Source: Eledone cirrhosa
Lineage: Eukaryota
Length of the DNA: 64,000 nucleotides
Reading direction: 5' to 3'
Assembly: GCA_964016885.1 (NCBI GenBank)
Contig: OZ024742.1
Location: 242,854,001 to 242,918,000 of the forward strand
Positions 52,921 to 64,000 of this stretch are shown one piece after another. The stretch's first letter is position 1; every line of letters begins with the position of its first letter. The notes below the pieces were generated by a model. The model was given only the letters and a program-made list of their open reading frames with translations. It had not been told where the DNA came from and did no database searches. The translations under genes were made by a program, and so were the position numbers.

Positions 52921-53089
52921 ACACACACACACACGCGCGCGCGCGCACGCACGCACACACACATACACACATACATATATATGTATATATATATACATAT
53001 ATATGTGTGTGTCATATATATGTCATATATATCATATATATGTGTGTGTGTATGTGTGTGTCACATTATATTACTTGGAATAAAAGCGA

Positions 53090-53840
53090 CACCTAACATT
53101 TCAAGGTCCAATATTGACGATATTTCCAGAATGCATGAGGGATCTAAATTGCGACCTAATCTGCAGGCACTTAGACGAGTTTGAAAATACCGTTAAAAGT
53201 ATAGCGCGCTAAAGCAATAGCTTACGAGAAAAGTATTATAACAAAGGGAAATAACTCAAAGATGTAAATTTGAAATAGCAAAGGAGTCCTACACGTGTAG
53301 CATTCGTGCGCTATAGCAAATGTGTGGTATTATGTGGTTGGTATGTAATATAGAGATGGTCATATTTATTAACCCTTTAGCATTCACATTATTTTATATA
53401 TACTATTATATTTTCATGGTAAAGGCTTTATCTCACATAATTATCTCACATAATATCGAATCTATAAGGTTTTGAAAGTATTTATTTTGAGAACAATACC
53501 TTAACATCAGTTTGAGTGACCAGTTACAGCCAGTTTCAACAGAAAGAGGTAGAGAATTCTGGCCGGGTTTGGCCGGTTTGAACATTAAAGGGTTAAGGTA
53601 TGGAGTAGAGTAGTATAGAAGGTGTACTGATTTATGTAAGTAGGGAAAAAGAATAAGAAAATATCTTTGAGTTATTTCCCTTTGTTATAATACGTTTTTT
53701 TCGTAAACTATCGTTTTAGCGCACTATACTTTTAACGGTATCTTTAAACTCGTCTACGTGCCTGAAGATTAGGTCGTAATGTTGATCCCTCTAACAATCT
53801 GGATACATGGTCGTTATTGGTACTTGAAACCCTAGGTAGC
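53090..53840. mobile_element. MITE with about 170-bp imperfect TIRs
   Basis: 53090-53263 is the inverse of about 53663-53840. Confidence 0.7.
53369..53596. mobile_element. piggyBac-type MITE nested in the preceding MITE
   Basis: TTAA-CCCTTTA ... TAAAGGG-TTAA. Confidence 0.8.
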
Positions 53841-53937
53841 GCTATTGATCCATCTACGAACATAAATAAATGATATAATATATCAGCTCTCATCTCTGAT
53901 TGAGCACTGTTTTCCTTTTTCACACCTATGGATATTT

Positions 53938-54104
<167 letters not shown>

Positions 54105-54114
54105 GAGGTAAAAT

Positions 54115-54590
54115 AAAAAAATTTTAAATTAAAAATTAACTTACTAAAATTTTCACTCCAACTAATTAGTTTCTGTAATGGGATAAATATAGTTACATAA
54201 TATATATAACCATAGAGAATTCATTACGTCATCAGGGAGTCTATTCTCAGCTAAGTTCCCAGGAAATGCGCGGACACTAGGAACCCATATAAAAATAATA
54301 ATTCAGTAGATGGAAAGAAGCTAGCGTGGACTAAATTCCGGAGCACTGAAAAAATTTCACTGCCTCTGGTCAGTGGCAGATTCTAAAGAATCAATCACGT
54401 GACACCGAGGTTAATCAGTTAGGAGCGGGGTGGTATTATGACAAGAGCCTACTACTACCATGAAACAGCAGTAAATTTTGGCCAGTTTTGCTCAACAAAT
54501 AATTTGGAGATAAATATAGAGAATTAGTACATCTACCAACATGGAGTGAAAATTTTAGTAAGTTAATTTTTAATTTTAAAATTTTCTCAA
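54115..54590. mobile_element. Small Penelope-derived element with about 45-bp inverted ends
   Basis: AAAATTAACTTACTAAAATTTTCACTCCA is inverted at 54542-54590; contains a hammerhead. Confidence 0.6.
54155..54240 (-). ncRNA. Type I hammerhead ribozyme with long stem II
   Basis: Minus strand ACTCC-CTGATGA-CGTAATG...CATTACA-GAAA-CTAATTAG-TT-GGAGT. Confidence 0.8.
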
Positions 54591-54613
54591 AGGAAAAGGA
54601 ATCCTGAGCTCTT

Positions 54614-54666
54614 TAAAATACAATATGTAGAAAGGGTAACACACTAGAGAGAGAGAGAGAGGGGGG

Positions 54667-54746
<80 letters not shown>

Positions 54747-54945
54747 CGTGTGCCATCAATAATACAGGGAAACCACCAGTGTATGGAATCTATAATCTAT
54801 GGAAGGCAGGGTAGACACACAATAATTAAAAATATGAATTAAATTATTTAATTATTGTGTGTCTACCCTGCCTTCCATAGGTTATAGATTCCATACACTG
54901 GTGGTTTCCCTGTATTATTGATGGCACACACGCTCTCTCTCTCTC

Positions 54946-55026
<81 letters not shown>

Positions 55027-55054
55027 TGTTACCCTTTCTACATATTGTATTTTA
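54614..55054. repeat. Long fold-back inverted repeat including (GA)/(CT) microsatellite arms
   Basis: 54746-54827 is the inverse of 54846-54933; outer arms at 54614-54645 and 55024-55054. Confidence 0.85.
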
Positions 55055-55177
55055 TATATATATATATGTGTGTGTATATATGTATATATATATATATATA
55101 TGTGTAAATGAAGTAATTCCGTCGGAAAAGTCCAGGAAAAAAGAATGCTCTATGTAGGTAACAGAGCTTAATTATTA

Positions 55178-57881
<2,704 letters not shown>

Positions 57882-57891
57882 ATATATGTAT

Positions 57892-57948
<57 letters not shown>

Positions 57949-57951
<3 letters not shown>

Positions 57952-58681
57952 TAGCTAAATTAACCCTCCTTTGGACAGTTCAAGTAGCTTTCGATGTAGC
58001 TCATTAAACTAAACAAAGTAAATTTGAATACATAGAAGAAAAACGTACTTTATGTAAACATGAAAACCTTAGGCACTATTCCAGCGAAATAATTATTATG
58101 TGAGCTCGGTGTCATCCGTTATACCATGTAACAACAGAAATCCAGTCTAGTTATAAATTTTTTTGATAACAGTAAAAGCGCATCATGAAATAGAGAAGTG
58201 AAGTGAATAATAGACACTATTATGTACAAAGAAAAATATTGTAAAAGTTATGACATCACTTAATGTATGAACATCAAGCTTGAAACGGTAAATTATACAA
58301 TGTCAAATCTATAACTTAACTTAGTAATCTGTTAGAAATTGCTGGTTGTGAAATATACAAAATGAAATTGTTAGTCTCAAGGAAGCGTACCATTTGTTTC
58401 AAGTACAAAGAGTAAATTCAAATCCGAATGAGCCGAAATACGAAAGATAACTCTTGTCTTACTTAATCACGGAAATTGACACAAATAACTGAAACTTTTT
58501 TAATGTCCCCAAAGGCCCCAATATCGATTTTTGAAAGCCTTTGTAGATCATGTACAGGTTTTGTCAAAGGAGGAGCTGTGTAAAGAATTTCAAAGAAATC
58601 GCATGAATGGTTTAGAATATATGAGCTCTCATTAAACATTGTCCACACACACATACACACACATACAGAAAACTTCGTCTT

Positions 58682-58690
<9 letters not shown>
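57949..58690 (-). mobile_element. Putative non-autonomous Helitron
   Basis: ACTAGCTAAATTAACCCTCCTTTGGAC left end and CTTTATATATAT right end resemble inverted Helitron termini. Confidence 0.5.
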
Positions 58691-58774
<84 letters not shown>

Positions 58775-59053
58775 TGTTATACTTGGGGAGGGTCTTATTG
58801 TTATAATATTGCCAGAAATAATAACAGAACACACTCACTGTTTGGTTTGGATTGGTTTTCGCTTCTGTATCTTTTATATCTCCATAGTTAATTTATTTGG
58901 CAATCAATGTTTATCATTGATTGACCACCGGTTAAAAATACAGATATGAATATATATAATCTATCAAAGTTCTTTCGTCGCACATCTGCGACATCATCAG
59001 TGGTACTATTATGTTTCCTCCCATTGTATTGTAATGTCTACGCAATTTTAATT

Positions 59054-59084
<31 letters not shown>

Positions 59085-59560
59085 TTTCTCTGTCTCTGCG
59101 CATGCGTTTGCGTGTGTGTGTTCGCGTTTGAGTGTATGTATTTTTGTGTTTGTATTCTATCTTTGTTCACTAATGTGTGTTTATATGTGTTTGTTGTTAT
59201 TGTACTTGTGTATATATTTATTTATTTATTTATATTTCTCTTAAGTCAGTATTGTGGGTGTTACGTTCGTAGAGTATATACGAAGATTGAAAAACTGCGA
59301 ATATTGGACCTGGTCCATAAAAATGCCTATAAACGTCAAAACATAACGTAAAATATAGGCCGGCAAATACGGTATATTGTTATTAATAATTTAACCTTAG
59401 AAAGCGTGAAAATATATATATTGCCACGAAAAAAAACGATAAAAAAGCGTGGAAGATATTTAAGATTCCGCGAATTTGCGGTGGTTTCCACGAACAATTA
59501 TTAGTTAGGTTCGAAGGAAAATTCCGCGAATAACCGGGACAGTAAAAATATGTGTGTGTG

Positions 59561-59650
59561 TCCGTATCTCCATATTTTCTGTGTCCCTCGTTTGTCCTGT
59601 ATATATATATACAGGACAAACGAGGGACACAGAAAATATGGAGATACGGA
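59561..59650. repeat. Perfect 90-bp palindrome centred on (TA)n
   Basis: 45-bp arms are exactly complementary. Confidence 0.95.
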
Positions 59651-59673
59651 GACATGGAGAATTCATAATCGTC

Positions 59674-59732
<59 letters not shown>

Positions 59733-60231
59733 CATTTATCTTCCTTTCTTTCTTTCTCTCTCTATATATGAATGTATGCGTAGGGGTGCATTATATTTCA
59801 GACACGATTATGTTCAACTTGAATCTTATTTGTAGAAGATTTTTCAGTTTTCCGTATTGGTAGTTTATGTTTAGTTTTAATCAATAGCAATGCAGAATTT
59901 TCTAACACTCCAGTTATTTGTATGTGACCAACACGCCATTATTTACATCATTTTTATTCTAAGATTGTGGCCAAGAAGATCTTGAGACATTAATAGAGGC
60001 CTAATAAAGAAATATGAAAATCTGTAATAAAAAAGATTTTTTTTTTGTTTTTTTTTTTGCTTTTTAATATAAAAGGTTTGAAAGAAATGTTCCTCATTTA
60101 CTTACGCGCCCACACATATATATTACTTACATATATCTATGCATATATACATGCATGCATGCATACATACATACATACATACATACATACATACATACAC
60201 ACATACACACATACATACATACATACATACA

Positions 60232-60262
<31 letters not shown>

Positions 60263-60266
<4 letters not shown>

Positions 60267-60640
60267 TGGGGCACTGGGATATGTTCGGAACCGCCTCAAT
60301 ACAAATCTTGAGAAGCTGGGCTTCACAGGAACAGAAAGAACATGACTAGTTAAGAAGTTACAAGTACAATCCATTAATGGAACAGTAAAAATATGTAAAA
60401 CATTCCAAAAATGTTGCATCTAATAACTGCATATACACATATGCACATGCATACATACAACTCAAAACATATACATCCACACATACATTAACATTCATTA
60501 CCTGCACACACATGCATGCATGCAGACATGCATACTTATCTACCTAGTTGATGTTGTGTAAATTCCAATGAGAGTCTTGTGTCTATGTTAGAAACCAGCT
60601 CTCTCTCTATTAGTAAAAATTTGTGAAATTATAAAACCAT
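60263..60640 (+). mobile_element. R4/Dong-like LINE 3' fragment in a (TACA)n tract
   Basis: IGALGYV...LEKLGF...GTVKICKTF RLE C-terminus. Confidence 0.7.
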
Positions 60641-60690
60641 ACATGGATACATACACACATGCAAACACACATACACACACGCACACACAC

Positions 60691-60733
<43 letters not shown>

Positions 60734-60900
60734 ACATACATACACACATACATACATTCATATATACATACACACGCACACACATACATACATACACACA
60801 CACATACATACAAACATACATACATACATACATACACACACACATACATACATACAAACATACATACAGATGCATACACACACACACATACATACATACA

Positions 60901-61510
60901 TGGTGGCTGCAAACTCGTTTTCGAGTACGGCCACTACTTTATATCCATGTAGGAGAACCCCTACCGATGCGCTGAAAGAGTGTGACTTTTTAGTCCAGCC
61001 AGCGACTTGAAAACTCTGGTACAAACACTACACTTGTGACAATTATTGACACATAGTGCTGGGCCCATGCTACCATGTGACGACAAGTGCAAAGAGATCT
61101 CCAGATATAAAGCAATGCCTGTGCCGTGAAGCTTTTATAGTGAGCAAAGGCACTGCACAAAGCCAGTCCCACTCTCTTAACCAAGATGATATTTACCAAA
61201 AAGAAGAACAAGTCAACATCATTGGATACCATCAGGGTTGCAGGTGTTATATCAGAATTTTCCTTCTCCTAGAATTCTGCCTTGACAAAAGCTAAGGGGT
61301 CATCTCTCCCGGTGATTTTGGATGGCCATTGACTTTTAAGAGCTCCTTTGCCCTTTGACAGGTTTTGTTTTTAGTCCTGCAGGATGTCCAAAGTCACTCT
61401 CCTCACCAAGAAACCTTGGTGGGGTTGCCAGTTTAGTCGTCAACGACCCGACCATGAGACAGGTTGTACTGGGGTACATGTTACCAGTAGCACCAACTGG
61501 TGACCTGACA
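60901..61510 (-). mobile_element. Non-autonomous bipartite RTE element (5'-UTR-like part joined to the 3' end)
   Basis: CTAGGAGAAGGAAAATTCTGA RTE 5'-UTR-like motif, [23 protein letters not shown] remnant and 3' hairpin CTCGAAAACGAG. Confidence 0.6.
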
Positions 61511-61583
61511 CAACATACATACATACATACATACATACATACATACATACATACATACATACATACATACATACATACATACA

Positions 61584-61612
<29 letters not shown>

Positions 61613-61614
<2 letters not shown>

Positions 61615-62137
61615 TAACAAAATTAACAACAAACGAGGAAGAATATATTGAGACAGATGGCACTAAGGAATACTGGTGGAACCTGAAAATAAAAACTGCC
61701 ACCAAATTAAAGCACAACCGGCCTGATATTGTAGTTTGGGACCACACATTGAAAACGTGTTCTGTTGTGGAGATCAGCTGCCCACTTGATGTAAACGTTG
61801 TCAGAAAAATACAGGAGAAGGAGGACATCTACGGACCATTGATGAGGAGCTTACAAATCCAGTATCCAAGATACACCTTTAGCTTCATACCCATCATTAT
61901 TGGTGCTACGGGTTATATACCAACCCGCTTGGACCAAAGTATGACCGAACTTGGATTTGCGGACAAAAAGCGCAGCTCCCTAATTCATAGTCTACAAATG
62001 GCTGCGATAGCTGGCACCTTCAAAATATGCAAAACATTCTTGCGATTCAAGGGATGACAATTTCTTTTCTTTTACAACCTTGCCACCAGGAAGGTGGCCG
62101 GTCAAAAAAATATACTCGAAATTAAGAGAAAGAGAAA
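61613..62137 (+). mobile_element. 5'-truncated R4/Dong-like LINE: restriction-like endonuclease domain plus 3' UTR, flanked by (CATA)n
   Basis: HNRPDIVVWD...VEISCP...K...Y...IPIIIGATG...KICKTF (PD-(D/E)xK). Confidence 0.85.
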
Positions 62138-62730
62138 ACATACATACATACATACATACATACATACATACATACATACATACATACATACATACATACA
62201 TACATACATACATACATACATACATACATACATACATACATACATACATACATACATACATACATACATACATACATACATACATACATACATACATACA
62301 TACATACATAGTCATTTTCTCCTCACAATTAACATACAACTCTTGCTCACGTATAAACTACATCAACGAGTGGAAGTCTTTTAATTCGTGTATATTTGCT
62401 CAGACATTAAACTATGCCTCTTTTATCTTGTTTATCAATCTGTTTTGTCTAGATGTCTACCCTGCCTATTAATATATTTATCTACTCCTTTCTCCTCACT
62501 TCCCCCACCACCACTGTTTCATCGTCATCCATCATTCACATTCATAATCTTTTCCAGCCCCCTCCTCCCATGCCCACCACCACATACTCTTTTTTGTTTC
62601 GGTGTATCTCTCTCAATCGTACACTATCGCATCTATTCCTTTTCCCTTTCTATTTACTTTACTCGTTTTAGATGATTTTCTTTCTCTTTCTTCCTTTCTC
62701 TCTGTCTATCTGTCTTCCCCGCTCTCTCTC

Positions 62731-62801
<71 letters not shown>

Positions 62802-62917
62802 TATATATATGTGTGTGTGTGTGTATGTATGTTTAATATATATATAAATATAAAAACACACATTATGTATATGTATATACATATACACACACTCACACAC
62901 ACATATATATATATAAA

Positions 62918-63008
<91 letters not shown>

Positions 63009-63332
63009 TGTGCGTGTGTGTTTATATGTAAGTATTTATATGCTTAAAAACAACGAACATTGACTGAATAAAAGACTAAATACATGTGTAAAGTCTAATA
63101 TTATTACAATTTTTTAACACTGACTTGGAAGTGTTAAAGTCTGCTATTGGCTTGTCAAAACTGTTCACATTTGAACAGCCAATATTCGCAAACTTTTAAA
63201 GTTACTACCAATAAAATTGTTTTAAAAATATACATATTACATACCTTTCTGTCACTTTCTCCATCTCCCTCTCTCTCTAGATGATTATATGCGTGTCTGT
63301 ATGTGTGTCTAAACAACTGATCTATCTATCTA

Positions 63333-64000
63333 TGGGCGCCTGGCACACTGAGTGTGCCCAGGCGCTCACCGCCCTCTGGCAGGCGGATCCGGTTATCAGT
63401 GGAGACTCCACCGCAACATTCTATAGAGGGCTGGTACGCAGCAGGTGCGACGACGCCCTCGGAGAAGCCCTAGACATGGAGGAGGACGAACTGGCCAGCC
63501 TGTTCGGTAGGACATTCAGCCCGGGACCTATGGACAACTTCCAGAAGTCCCTGGCCTGGCAGTGCTACCGAGGGGCTTTACCCGTTCGAGAAAGGCTCTA
63601 CAGACACGGGCGCCCGGGTAGGGACCCCGCCAAAAAGATCTGTCCCAGATGCGTGTGCGACGAGGAAACCGTTGCACACGCATTAGTACACTGCTCGGGC
63701 GTAGCCGATCTGTGGGGCTATGTCGAACAACTGCTGTCAAGGGTGGGACCGATCCGGTTGACCACCGAGTCTATTGTAATGATCAAGCCGCCTCCCCCCT
63801 TCAAAGATGAAGCAGAGGCGGTGTTTCTGTGCGTAATAGCCATGGCGAAAGAGGTTGTATGGTGGACGCGTCTGAAAGGACTGAGGTCGGGCACCTTTCT
63901 CTCTGGCCAACAACTGGTCCGTTTCTTCCGATATCATTTCGGAAGAAGGATCAGGATGGAGAGAGAGGTGCTGCACCCCAGCCGTTTCTATGAAAGATGG
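63333..64000 (+). mobile_element. 5'-truncated Tx1-clade LINE (copy C), runs off the window
   Basis: Highly similar to the inverse of 32850-33675; starts right after (CTAT)n. Confidence 0.9.

Noticed and set aside
60560-60602. CCAATGA...GAAACC motif in the R4 3' UTR
   Set aside because: Core is mutated and the helices are not supported.

Overview
Eukaryotic, AT-rich, repeat-dominated DNA. It is most likely from an octopod cephalopod, judging by abundant OK/OR-type tRNA-derived SINEs and huge (TA)n/(CA)n/(TACA)n tracts. The only host-gene segment I can support is a terminal coding exon resembling the VHL alpha/BC-box domain (5089-5249). Everything else is a nested stack of mobile elements: RTE, R4/Dong and Tx1 LINEs, several Penelope-like elements, a young non-autonomous Gypsy-type LTR element, Helitrons, hAT/mariner/piggyBac MITEs and about 25 SINEs. 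The most striking unannotated signal is RNA-level. A 310-bp head-to-tail array (about 25100-26573) carries one intact type I hammerhead ribozyme per unit on the minus strand, which is the architecture of a retrozyme producing self-cleaving monomers or circular RNAs. About ten more hammerhead motifs sit in Penelope-derived inverted repeats and fold-back palindromes across the window. All calls are by eye and need computational confirmation.
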